Of a stretch of DNA of 64,000 nt, positions 21,133 to 30,478 are shown in pieces. A program made the position numbers and the translations under genes. The DNA is from Bacteroidota bacterium (GTDB lineage: Bacteria; Bacteroidota; Ignavibacteria; Palsa-1295): positions 9,527 through 73,526 of the forward strand of contig JAUZNX010000014.1 of assembly GCA_030706745.1 (NCBI GenBank), given 5' to 3'. Within the stretch, counting starts at the first letter, position 1. Each line of letters begins with the position of its first letter. Below the pieces are notes generated by a model. That model ran no database searches. It had not been told where the DNA came from and saw only the letters and a program-made list of their open reading frames with translations.

Positions 21133-21204
21133 TAGCGCGTACGGGAATCGAACCCGTGTACCCGCCTTGAGAGGGCGGTATCCTAGCCGCTAGATGAACG
21201 CGCC
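21133..21204 (-). tRNA. tRNA-Glu (anticodon CTC)
   Basis: Reverse complement GGCGCGTTCATCTAGCGGCTAGGATACCGCCCT-CTC-AAGGCGGGTACACGGGTTCGATTCCCGTACGCGCTA folds as a cloverleaf with a TTCGA T-loop; CCA not encoded. Confidence 0.95.
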
Positions 21205-21302
21205 GGATTTACTTCTGAGTCGATGAGTCGCGGGTAACCCGTCCCTCTGCCCTCATCGAGCGGCCATAGTACACTATGAACAGTAACTGGGTTCCAGAAC
21301 GA

Positions 21303-22901
21303 TTATCCTTGCGACGAAAAGTCCCCATCGTCTTCACGCATCAGTCGCGCGACTTCCGACCGGACAAGTTGGTCCAACTCTTCGAATGTCGCCTTGCCGG
21401 CCAAAGGAGGAAATTCCGTTTCGTACTGATGGAGCTGGGAAGGATCGAGCCGTAGCGCAACCAGCACTTCGACCGCCGCCTCATCCCGATTTCCTTCGCG
21501 GAAAAAGAGTTTGGCCCGGCCCATATGTGCGTCCGGAAACGCCGGCTCGAACGCGATCGCCGTCTCATAGGCGTTCATTGCTTCGCGATACCGTTTCGTC
21601 TCGACGAGCGTCTCGGCATAATCATACCATGCCTCGAAATCTTTCGGTGCAAGCTCGAGGACCATTCGATATGCCAGAATTGCCTCTTCGTGCCGGCCAA
21701 GATTATAGAGCGCATCCGCCTTGGCGTACCACAATTCCGAATACTTGTTGTTGATCGCCAGCGCCAGATCGTAATCCTCGAGCGCCTTGGCATGCTGGTC
21801 CATTGCATCGTAGCAGGACCCGCGGCCAAAGTAGCTCTCAGCGTGGCGTGGATCGTATTTTACGGCCTGTGAAAAACACCGGATTGCATCACGCCACCGG
21901 CGTTGCTCCTCGTAGGCATTTGCCAGGTTGTGCCAGGCGTTCACGTCCTCGGCCTCGTATTTCAGGCATTCCTTGTAGGACTCGATCGCATCATTCAGCT
22001 TGCCGATATTCGCGCAGGCATTGCCTCGGTTATACCACGCCGATGCAAAATCTTCTTTGATGGCCAGCGCCATCTCATAGCTCTCGATCGCCTTATGGTA
22101 CATTCCCATTTGGTTGAGAATGATCCCATGGTTATACCAGCCGTTATGGTTGAAAGGATCGAGGTCCAGATGACTCTCATAGGCCTGAAGCGACTTCTCA
22201 TACTGGTTCGTCGAGTCATAGCAGAAGCCAAGCTCGTAGAACGCGTCCTTCGCAAGCTCTTTCGTATCCTTAAGGTAGAGGAAGATTGCAATGGCATCAT
22301 CGTACTTCTCGGCCTTCTCGAAGCAGATGCCCTTATTGAACAGCGCCTCATCGTTAGAGGGATCGGTTGACAGCGTTCGGTCGAAGATTTCCAGGGCCTC
22401 GCGTGTACGGCCAACGGCGTCCAGGGCGATACCGTAGTTGATGAGCAATTCGTTGTCTGTCGGGTTCAACGCCAGAGCTCGCTCGTAGCTCGCCAGCGCT
22501 TGTTCGAATTTCCCGTGATGCGCCTCGAGCATGCCGCGACGATGCCAGCCATCGCCATTGAACGGCGCGCGCTCGGTAAGCAACAAAACGAAATCCAAAG
22601 CCTCGTCGAATTTCTCGTTCTCGACGCAGTAATCGACAAGCTCTTCCAGAATATCGGGGTGCAAGAATTGCCGGGTCGGACGCTCGCTGTCGTTCGTATC
22701 ATCCGAATGTCCCGCATCGCTCGATAGCTTCCGGCGCTTCTCCTCGCGATAACGCTTCAGTTCTTCCTCAAAATATTTTCTGCGGCGCTCGGCAGCGGAC
22801 GAGGCTTCATCGCGAGACCCGGAGCTTCCACCGCTTCCCTCGCCGCCAAACTCGTCCTCGCCTTCAAACGGGAAGGCTCCGAAATCGTCGAATACGTTCA
22901 T
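21303..22901 (-). CDS. Tetratricopeptide repeat protein
   Basis: More than ten 34-aa TPR units (AWYNRGNA..G...DAIESY..L); acidic N-terminus. Confidence 0.92.
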   Translation of the reverse strand: MNVFDDFGAFPFEGEDEFGGEGSGGSSGSRDEASSAAERRRKYFEEELKRYREEKRRKLSSDAGHSDDTNDSERPTRQFLHPDILEELVDYCVENEKFDEALDFVLLLTERAPFNGDGWHRRGMLEAHHGKFEQALASYERALALNPTDNELLINYGIALDAVGRTREALEIFDRTLSTDPSNDEALFNKGICFEKAEKYDDAIAIFLYLKDTKELAKDAFYELGFCYDSTNQYEKSLQAYESHLDLDPFNHNGWYNHGIILNQMGMYHKAIESYEMALAIKEDFASAWYNRGNACANIGKLNDAIESYKECLKYEAEDVNAWHNLANAYEEQRRWRDAIRCFSQAVKYDPRHAESYFGRGSCYDAMDQHAKALEDYDLALAINNKYSELWYAKADALYNLGRHEEAILAYRMVLELAPKDFEAWYDYAETLVETKRYREAMNAYETAIAFEPAFPDAHMGRAKLFFREGNRDEAAVEVLVALRLDPSQLHQYETEFPPLAGKATFEELDQLVRSEVARLMREDDGDFSSQG

Positions 22902-23557
22902 TTATCAAGTCCTAGCAAACCACTGCGCCGCGAGGCGCGACCTCACCAAAAGCAACACAGGTGTGGATGGAATGCTCCCTGTTGCCCATAGTATACTCTC
23001 AAATTGCCCTAAAGTCAAGCCTTCGAATTCGATTGTGGATAACTCTCGAATCCATTGAAATGGGAATTGACTAATACGAATACCATTTCTGTCGTACGTT
23101 TCTTTTGGCATGGTAGGATAATGGGAGCGCAAGCGTTTGTGCTTCATGAAGAATGTCCTCCCAATTCTCTAATCGCCATTCCTTCAATTCTTCAAATCTA
23201 GTCTTGAGCCTGACATTTTGTCATTCCACCACCTCAATTTGGGAGCCAAGCGCTTTCCGTTAGCTTGGTGCCTATCAATCTCAGGGTTAATATACGATAC
23301 GATGATGGGATTTGCTACGCACATTCCTCAAGAATGCGATTTTGTTGATCGTATCTCTCGGCGTTTCTGCCCTAATCAGCAATGCCCGATGTGGTCATGG
23401 CTTCCCCCATCGGCGGAGTCACCGTCGGATAATATGCCTAGCCGCACTGGGGCCGACCCCCGGCAGGAGATTATTCGGTAATCACCTTTCGCTATCCCGT
23501 GAACCGGACTTTTTATCCGTCGTAGCCAGTTGGTACGAATACACCCTACTGATCCTG

Positions 23558-24118
23558 ATGAAGCTCTACATAAAATATATGGTCAGCATCCGCTGCAAAC
23601 TTATGGTAAAGGCCGAGTTAGAACGACTCGGCCTTCATCATACGATTGTGGAATTGGGCGAAGTTGAAATCAGCGACATCATTACCCAGCCACAGCGCGT
23701 GGATCTGGCGCTTGCCCTCAAACGCTCCGGGCTGGAATTAATGGACGACAAGAAGGCAATTCTTATCGAGCGGATCAAGAATGTCATAATCGAGTCAATC
23801 CATTATGCGGATGAGGCCCTGAAGGTGAATTTTTCCGAGCACTTGACGCAAAAACTGAATTACGACTACACCTACCTCGCCAATTTGTTTTCTGAAGTCG
23901 AAGGCACGACGATCGAACACTTCATCATCAAACATAAGATCGAACGCGTTAAGGAGTTGCTCGTCTATGATGAACTCTCACTCACCGAAATCGCATACAA
24001 GCTCCATTATAGCAGCGTTGCACATCTTTCGAATCAATTCAAGAAAGTGACCGGCCTGACACCGACCTTTTTCAAGAAAATCAAGCATAAACGATTGGGT
24101 GGTCTCGAGAATGTGTGA
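23558..24118 (+). CDS. AraC family transcriptional regulator, Bacteroidota short type
   Basis: MKLYIKYMVSIRC N-terminus; YDYTYLANLFSEVEG.TIE, KIERVKELL, LTEIAYKLHYSSVAHLSNQFKKVTGLTP HTH. Confidence 0.92.
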   Translation: MKLYIKYMVSIRCKLMVKAELERLGLHHTIVELGEVEISDIITQPQRVDLALALKRSGLELMDDKKAILIERIKNVIIESIHYADEALKVNFSEHLTQKLNYDYTYLANLFSEVEGTTIEHFIIKHKIERVKELLVYDELSLTEIAYKLHYSSVAHLSNQFKKVTGLTPTFFKKIKHKRLGGLENV

Positions 24119-24178
24119 ATGATGTAATAGATTGCTGAAGTTATGTAATGCTTTTTGATTTTGTTTGTCGTAGATTTG
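24110..24178 (+). promoter_or_regulatory. Conserved operator/promoter, copy 1
   Basis: AATGTGTGAATGATGTAA (24110); TGTAA at 24123 and 24144; TAGATTTG at 24171. Confidence 0.8.
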
Positions 24179-24182
24179 CCCT

Positions 24183-24791
24183 ATGATAAGCGCCCGACAA
24201 AGAAAGCTTGGACAACACATCGCATTTAGCCTCATCCTGACGCTTTCGCTTGCATTTCCACATGTTTTATTCTCGCAGTCAAGCTACAAAGTCGATGGTG
24301 TATCCGAGATCGATTTGAAAGGGACATCGACCCTCCGCGATTGGACAATGATGGCGCATTCTTTCACCGGTTCCGCCCTCTTTACGTTTGCCCCAGATCA
24401 TCAGTTGAGTTCAGTCACAGAGTTTTCGCTGCGCCTGCCAGTCCACAATCTTCGAAGCGAGAGTGCTGAAACGCAAAAGAACGCATACAAAGCCTTGAAG
24501 GATGATCGATACAAAGACATTGTATTCGATCTCACGTCTGCTCAATTCATCCAAAGTGGGCTCGCAAATTACCTGATTCTGCTGCACGGACACTTGACGA
24601 TTGCTGGAGTCACACAGCCCACAACGCTCAAACTTTCTGCGGCGATCAATGAGGACGGCACCATCCTTTGCAGCGGATCGATGCCGGTTTTGTTGTCCGA
24701 CTATGACATCGCACGGCCATCCTTTCTCCTTGGAGCGATGAAGATTGGAGATGTTCTGACGCTCACCTATCGGCTCCTGCTGGTACAATGA
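24183..24791 (+). CDS. YceI family lipid/polyisoprenoid-binding protein
   Basis: Signal peptide, GTSTLRDW, LPVHNLRS, AYKALK..Y.DI.F, GHLTIAGVT. Confidence 0.85.
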   Translation: MISARQRKLGQHIAFSLILTLSLAFPHVLFSQSSYKVDGVSEIDLKGTSTLRDWTMMAHSFTGSALFTFAPDHQLSSVTEFSLRLPVHNLRSESAETQKNAYKALKDDRYKDIVFDLTSAQFIQSGLANYLILLHGHLTIAGVTQPTTLKLSAAINEDGTILCSGSMPVLLSDYDIARPSFLLGAMKIGDVLTLTYRLLLVQ

Positions 24792-24826
24792 TGCCCGTAA
24801 CGACATGATAGCGGTATTCCAACGGT

Positions 24827-24895
24827 AATGTGTGAATGATGTAACATATTGTAGGATTTGTGTAACGCATTTACCATTCGCATTCCGTACCTTTG
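24827..24895 (+). promoter_or_regulatory. Conserved operator/promoter, copy 2
   Basis: AATGTGTGAATGATGTAA (24827); TGTAA at 24840 and 24861; TACCTTTG at 24888. Confidence 0.8.
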
Positions 24896-24980
24896 TAAGC
24901 TCTTCGAATCGTTCGCCGCGAACATGTTGTAGTATTGAATATTTGTTGTGGGCGGATGGATTGCCGAAGAAGCACACACA

Positions 24981-26624
24981 ATGACCAGAAGAACCATCAT
25001 CCGGCGACTGCTTTATACACTCGGCTCACTCGCGATCATTCTTTCGCTTGCCACTTGGATTTTTCTCTCATTCTATTTCGAGAAAACACTCAACACTGTC
25101 GTCGTCCCCAAACTCGAACAAGCGACATTCAAGGCGACGCATGGCCGGTTTACCCTGACACTCGATAAGATTTCCTACGCCCATGGGCGGCTGGTCTGCA
25201 ATACATTCATCCTCACGCGAGTGGCGTACGCAGGCGGCGAGCATGGATTGGTACTCGGTCATATGACGCTCGATAGCGCTCGATTCGAAGGAATCAGTTG
25301 GTGGGACGTGCTATGGGGAAATGATTTGGCGCTGACGAGTCTGCAACTCGACGCTCCCCGCGCGTACATGACCAATGCCGATTCCGATATCGTTCTTCCA
25401 CGCATACAGCCTGCAGCTTCGGCTCCTTCCATCTCGAAGATTTCACTCATTTCCTTTGATAGCGTTGTCTTGCGAAATGCCGACGTGTATCTTCCTCAAC
25501 GTGCCGGTAACGCCAGCGAACCAGCCTATCGCAACATCACAGTCTGGCTCACAGATTTTTCGCTCGATCCAAGTCACAAGGTGGTCATTCCCAGTTTATT
25601 TTCCGGCCACGTCGAGTTTAACTTCCCAGGAGGAGACTATCCTATCGGCGATAGCACTTACTCGATCCATGTTCGTGGGATTCACGGGAGTCTGACCGAT
25701 TCTCTCGTCACGATCGATAGCCTGTCCTATCTGCCGAATTACAACGAGCAGGCATTCGCCGATTTACACAAGTACTTTCAGGACCGGTTAGAGTATCGGT
25801 GCAATGGGATTCGCGTTCGCGGAATAGATTTCAGCAAGCTCATGGGATCGGCTGGCCTGTTTGTTCGATTGTTCGAAGTAACCTCCTGGTCGGTTGACTA
25901 CTACGGAGACATGCGAAAAGCGCACAACCCACATCCTGTCGTTGCAGTATTGCCTCACACGATCGTGAATGGAATCACGTCTGCTATCACAATCGACTCA
26001 ATTGTGATGAACAATGGCCACATTCAACATCGAGAGCGCATCGCCGGAAGCACGCACGCAAGTCTGCTGACATTCACGCACGCGCGAGTAACCGCGCATC
26101 CATTCAGTACGGATCACTCCAGCACCTACTATAAGGCGCCGCTGCAAATCAGCGTAAGTGCCCTGTTTCTCGATCAGGCGCGCGTACTGGGTACGATCAT
26201 CTACCCTATTCACGATAGATCATTTAATCTTCATGTCGATGCGACAGTCAGTGCATTCGATTTGACTCGATTAAACTCATACCTGATCTCCAACGAGCGC
26301 AAAGAGATTACCAGTGGGAAGTGTCTTGCCAGCACGCTTTCCATGGATGTTCGATCTGGAACCGCAACCACCACGGTCTGCCCGCGGTATTCGGATGTCT
26401 CGATGAGAGTGCTGGCAACGAATGTGAAAGAGAAACGGGGCTTCATGGAGGGACTAAAGTCCTTCATCGCCAATACCTTTGTGCTTCGAACAAACAATGT
26501 GGACGACGGGAGTTCGAAGGCATTCTCGGGCACCACTACCTACGTTCGGCAGAATACACAAGAGTTTTTCGAGTTTATTTGGCTTGCATTGCGCAAGTCT
26601 ATTCAGAAGGTTGTTGGCTTCTAA
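24981..26624 (+). CDS. AsmA/DUF748-like membrane-anchored beta protein
   Basis: N-terminal TM anchor, beta-rich body, C-terminal SFIANTFVL..N...FF.FIW. Confidence 0.65.
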   Translation: MTRRTIIRRLLYTLGSLAIILSLATWIFLSFYFEKTLNTVVVPKLEQATFKATHGRFTLTLDKISYAHGRLVCNTFILTRVAYAGGEHGLVLGHMTLDSARFEGISWWDVLWGNDLALTSLQLDAPRAYMTNADSDIVLPRIQPAASAPSISKISLISFDSVVLRNADVYLPQRAGNASEPAYRNITVWLTDFSLDPSHKVVIPSLFSGHVEFNFPGGDYPIGDSTYSIHVRGIHGSLTDSLVTIDSLSYLPNYNEQAFADLHKYFQDRLEYRCNGIRVRGIDFSKLMGSAGLFVRLFEVTSWSVDYYGDMRKAHNPHPVVAVLPHTIVNGITSAITIDSIVMNNGHIQHRERIAGSTHASLLTFTHARVTAHPFSTDHSSTYYKAPLQISVSALFLDQARVLGTIIYPIHDRSFNLHVDATVSAFDLTRLNSYLISNERKEITSGKCLASTLSMDVRSGTATTTVCPRYSDVSMRVLATNVKEKRGFMEGLKSFIANTFVLRTNNVDDGSSKAFSGTTTYVRQNTQEFFEFIWLALRKSIQKVVGF

Positions 26625-26653
26625 CGTCCTAAACTACCCTTCGAAAGGATCCA

Positions 26654-26881
26654 ATGGAAACATACCAAAAAACTACCGCGAGCGATGCCGCTGAGCAAGT
26701 GCTTCTCGATGACGAGCCGTATGCAAAACGAAATGCATTCTCCACGTATCGAAGCCGGGCGTTTGAAACCCGCTATGGCATGGAAGTCCCACGGCCCGGC
26801 GAGCGTGAGGATCGCCCGCTCCTGCCTGGTGCAATCGAGTGCGCAGATCCATCCATTAATGATGCCGAACTGAATTGGTGA
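26654..26881 (+). CDS. Small hypothetical protein (75 aa)
   Basis: ATG 30 nt after the previous stop, preceded by AAGGA; fills the gap before promoter copy 3. Confidence 0.5.
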   Translation: METYQKTTASDAAEQVLLDDEPYAKRNAFSTYRSRAFETRYGMEVPRPGEREDRPLLPGAIECADPSINDAELNW

Positions 26882-26917
26882 TGTCGCACTACCAACATTC
26901 GATCAGCCAGAAAGAGC

Positions 26918-26986
26918 AATGTGTGAATGATGTAACACCTTCCTAAAGTTATGTAATAGTTTTCGACGAATAGTTTCATATCTTTG
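26918..26986 (+). promoter_or_regulatory. Conserved operator/promoter, copy 3
   Basis: AATGTGTGAATGATGTAA (26918); TGTAA at 26931 and 26952; TATCTTTG at 26979. Confidence 0.8.
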
Positions 26987-27100
26987 CAGCGTAGACGAGA
27001 CTCCGGGTTTAACGGCATACATTTATGTCGAACCCATCTCACTGCATCGTCACTTAGAATGCATAATAATGTGTGTTCTTCTATTTATAGAAATATCACA

Positions 27101-27529
27101 ATGAGTAATTCAACGTCAACCCCAATTGTCGATTCCGCATCAGGATTATCCGGCCAGGCCTCTTCAACACCGGGCAGCACGCCGGCCAAATCACCGATAG
27201 GCAGCTCGACATCCACGCCTTCCAGCAGCTCGACATCCACACCTGCCAGCACCTCGACGTCCATGCCTGTCGGCAGCTCACCATCGAAGTCGGTCAGCAC
27301 GTCCCAGAGCCAGCCCTCCGGCAATTCGAATTCACAGCATTCCAGTACTTCGACCTCGAAGCCGGTCAGTACCTCTTCGACAACTTCAGATTCGCGCACA
27401 CAGTCTGGCTTTCAGACGGGCTCCGATTCGCGTCCGACGACAACACCATCTGCAGTTGGCGGCGACCAGCGCAGTGAGTCATCGAGCAATGACGTCGTAA
27501 AGCACAATAAAGTTATTACTGCCGCCTAA
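27101..27529 (+). CDS. Ser/Thr/Pro-rich, probably disordered protein (142 aa)
   Basis: AT-rich leader, then MSNSTSTPIV...; internal repeats (C)AGCTCGACATCCAC = SSTST; lies downstream of promoter copy 3. Confidence 0.6.
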   Translation: MSNSTSTPIVDSASGLSGQASSTPGSTPAKSPIGSSTSTPSSSSTSTPASTSTSMPVGSSPSKSVSTSQSQPSGNSNSQHSSTSTSKPVSTSSTTSDSRTQSGFQTGSDSRPTTTPSAVGGDQRSESSSNDVVKHNKVITAA

Positions 27530-27759
27530 GCTCCACGTACCGAGCGACCCATGGATGATGTGACCTCTTCTCAAAGCCATGTTGCACATTCATATACGTA
27601 TATACGTATTTCGTTCGCTCGGACCTTGACAGGGCTGTCACGGTTAGGCTATATCGCCTAACCGTGACACAATGCCCGTCTCGGTCATTGCCGAGGCGGG
27701 TTGCCTGCCAATAGATTGGAGTATTGGATAGATATGCTAATAATAACAATCATACTGTA

Positions 27760-28167
27760 ATGACACAACACTCTCGGAGCGATAGACATACAACTCCTCA
27801 AGCGCCATCGTCGAATGGCATTCCGAGAGTTGAACGCGAACAATTAGAGCCGTCAAAGGGAATGATCATGGTGGAAATCATCGAATATGTACCGAATGCA
27901 ATCCTGAGTAAAACAATTATTAAGAAATCGACGGGCAATATCAGCATCATGTCGTTCGATACGGGCGAGGGCTTGACAGAGAAGACATCTCCGTTCGATA
28001 CCTTTGCGCAAATCATCGATGGAAAGGCGGAAATTGTTATCGACGGTGTTTCGACCTTACTCGAAACTGGCCACGGCATCATTCTGCCGGCGCATCTGCC
28101 GAACATATTCCGAGCGAACGAACGGTTTAAAATGATCCTGACCGTTATCAAAAGCGGCTATGAATAG
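27760..28167 (+). CDS. Cupin domain protein
   Basis: EYVPNAILSKTIIKKSTGN, FDTGEGLTEKTSPFD..QIIDGKAEI. Confidence 0.85.
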   Translation: MTQHSRSDRHTTPQAPSSNGIPRVEREQLEPSKGMIMVEIIEYVPNAILSKTIIKKSTGNISIMSFDTGEGLTEKTSPFDTFAQIIDGKAEIVIDGVSTLLETGHGIILPAHLPNIFRANERFKMILTVIKSGYE

Positions 28168-28210
28168 GCCGCGCATAATCTTTTCAACAATCACTTTTTA
28201 CTAACAGCAT

Positions 28211-28366
28211 ATGGGAAGTCTTTTATATCTTGTTGCCGTAATCCTGATCCTCGCCTGGGCGATCGGATTCATTGGCTTCGGTGCCGGTGGGCTGATTCAC
28301 ATCCTGCTCGTCATCGCAATCATTGCCATTCTGATGCGCATCATCAGTGGCCGTCGGGTTCTCTGA
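28211..28366 (+). CDS. lmo0937 family (DUF5670) small membrane protein, 51 aa
   Basis: Missed by the ORF track. Translates to MGSLLYLVAVILILAWAIGFIGFGAGGLIHILLVIAIIAILMRIISGRRVL. Confidence 0.9.
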   Translation: MGSLLYLVAVILILAWAIGFIGFGAGGLIHILLVIAIIAILMRIISGRRVL

Positions 28367-28650
28367 TGGCCATTCCATTTGATACTAAGAATATGTCACA
28401 CAATAACAACAGCCATCTATTATTCGGACTCATCGCTGGTGCAACGCTCGGCGCGGTTGCAGGCATGTTGTTCTCCCCACACAAGGGAAGCGTGTCGCGA
28501 AGAATTATTCTCCGCAAGGGAGAAGACCTCGCCGATGTGGCACTCGAGACGATCGAGGACCGCATCGAAAAGCTTGGCGACGCACTGAACAAGCATCTTG
28601 AGACATTCACGTCCGATCTGAAATCCCGTTATCGCGAAGTGTGCGGGTGA
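28366..28650 (+). CDS. YtxH domain protein
   Basis: LLFGLIAGATLGAVAGMLFSPHKGSVSRR motif; alternative start at 28393. Confidence 0.85.
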   Translation: MAIPFDTKNMSHNNNSHLLFGLIAGATLGAVAGMLFSPHKGSVSRRIILRKGEDLADVALETIEDRIEKLGDALNKHLETFTSDLKSRYREVCG

Positions 28651-28938
28651 AAGCCGCTTCTCGTAAACAGAGCCAATGTCACCATTCGATAGCCCCATTG
28701 GGGCTATCATGCGTTTTGCCGAATCTACGAAGCATTCATATTCCACAACGCTCTCTCCTCTAATGGTCTAATACTCGCAAGAGCGTCGAGAATGCGATCC
28801 CTGGTCGAGAATGCATTCCCTGATGTAACAGGCCCTAATAAACCACAGTATTTGCATTAGGCACGACTATTGCCTCATCACCGAACATGAAGAGCAGCAT
28901 CACGACCGTAATTGGTCATTTCTGGGTCCGCAGCCGCG

Positions 28939-29007
28939 AATGTGTGAATGATGTAACATATACCCAGAGGAGTGTAACACTTTTTGTCTGCCCACTTCGT
29001 AGCTTTG
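28939..29007 (+). promoter_or_regulatory. Conserved operator/promoter, copy 4
   Basis: AATGTGTGAATGATGTAA (28939); TGTAA at 28952 and 28973; TAGCTTTG at 29000. Confidence 0.8.
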
Positions 29008-29224
29008 TATCAGAGAGCAGCAACAGTATCTGCTTCTTACACGAAAGACATTGTTCGAGTAGAACCGACGTGAATTAACTGGATGATCAGTCATTCAGCG
29101 TCCAGTCCCTTCGACTTCCGCGAGGCCTTATTTGTAAGCCGCCGTCCTCTGTGAGTGACGGGTAACTCACCTGCACGATTATTTGCCGTGCATGTACTAC
29201 ACTTTTTTTTTACACAATCTAATC

Positions 29225-30451
29225 ATGAAGAATCTAATAAATCGCAGCCTCGCGCTGCTCACTTTGGGTATTATCGGAATCGCAGGATTGAGCCAAACGA
29301 CTCGTGCACAGGATGTCGCTGGCAGAATTGCATTTGGTATCGATGCCGGCGGCAATAAATACTATGGCAACTATACAGATAATCAATTTGCCTTTCATGG
29401 TGATGCGTTTATCCGCTGGAATATCTTCGATTGGTTGTCGTTGCATGCAGCATATAACGGCGGACAGTTGAAGTACAAAGCATCGACGGCGTCGATTGCG
29501 AATGAGGCCGCCCTCTTCCCGAACAGCACTGCCAGCACTGGTACGCTGGGCACCGTCAACCACACTCGGGTCGGAGGATGGGACATCATGGCATCGTACA
29601 ATGTCTTCCCGGATCAGACATTCGTACCCTACGTCATTGCCGGTGTCGAAGCACTGAACTTCGAGCCGAATGATGCGAATGATGCCAACCTGAGAGGCAA
29701 CGCCTCAGCCGCATACAGCAAGAATGTAATTGGTGGCGTGATGGGCGTTGGATTCGAAATGTTCATTTCGCCCAAGGTTACGTTCAACGGCAAGGGCTTG
29801 CTTCATCTAACGGGCACCGATTGGATCGACGACTATTCCAATCCGAATGATTACCGTCAGGATGCATTCGTGACCATGGGTCTCGGATTCAGTTATTACA
29901 TTTTCGCACCTGATGTGGAAGCCGCTCCGGCCCAGGCGGAAGTATCAGAGCGGACGATCATCCATGATATCACAGAAAAGACCGTCTATCACACCGATAC
30001 GATCTTCGTCAAGGACCCGACCGATACCGTCTACATCTCGAATCCAAAGATCAACACGGTCTTCAATTTCCCGGGCACGCTCTTTATCGTGAATACCGAT
30101 CAATTCAATACCGCCGAGCCGAACAATATGGCCAATCTTTACCAGATCAAGCGACTGGTCGAGCAATGCCCAAATCTGAAAGTGGAGATTCAAGGCTTTG
30201 CGAGTGAAGAAGGTACCACGCAGCACAATCAAGAGCTTTCCGAGCGCCGCGCCGCTCGCATCAAGAGCTGGCTCATCGAGCAAGGTGTCAACTCGAATAA
30301 GGTGACACGAACGGTGGGATTCGGAGAGACCAACAATGCAGTCCGCGAACGCTCTGATGTTTCCGCAAAGACCCTTGAAGCCGAGCGTACACAGAACCGA
30401 CGAATTGCAGTGAAGGTCGTTCAGGCCTGCAGCGACGAATCGTCGCGCTAA
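29225..30451 (+). CDS. OmpA family outer-membrane protein
   Basis: Signal peptide, N-terminal beta-barrel; C-terminal VEIQGFAS.EG...NQELSERRA..GFGE..NRR. Confidence 0.88.
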   Translation: MKNLINRSLALLTLGIIGIAGLSQTTRAQDVAGRIAFGIDAGGNKYYGNYTDNQFAFHGDAFIRWNIFDWLSLHAAYNGGQLKYKASTASIANEAALFPNSTASTGTLGTVNHTRVGGWDIMASYNVFPDQTFVPYVIAGVEALNFEPNDANDANLRGNASAAYSKNVIGGVMGVGFEMFISPKVTFNGKGLLHLTGTDWIDDYSNPNDYRQDAFVTMGLGFSYYIFAPDVEAAPAQAEVSERTIIHDITEKTVYHTDTIFVKDPTDTVYISNPKINTVFNFPGTLFIVNTDQFNTAEPNNMANLYQIKRLVEQCPNLKVEIQGFASEEGTTQHNQELSERRAARIKSWLIEQGVNSNKVTRTVGFGETNNAVRERSDVSAKTLEAERTQNRRIAVKVVQACSDESSR

Positions 30452-30478
30452 GAACAACAACTCATCATACAAGGAATT

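Noticed and set aside
23034..23042. Perfect DnaA box (TGTGGATAA) suggesting oriC
   Set aside because: Single copy with no cluster or origin-linked genes; compatible with chance.
22905..23557. ORFs 22905-23147 and 23218-23481, and the long N-terminal extension of AraC
   Set aside because: No recognisable motifs; the family-typical start is MKLYIKY at 23558.
24110..28956. 18-bp identical boxes as CRISPR repeats or recombination sites
   Set aside because: Spacing is irregular (0.7-2.1 kb), whole genes lie between them, each sits at a fixed distance from a promoter element, and no recombinase is present.
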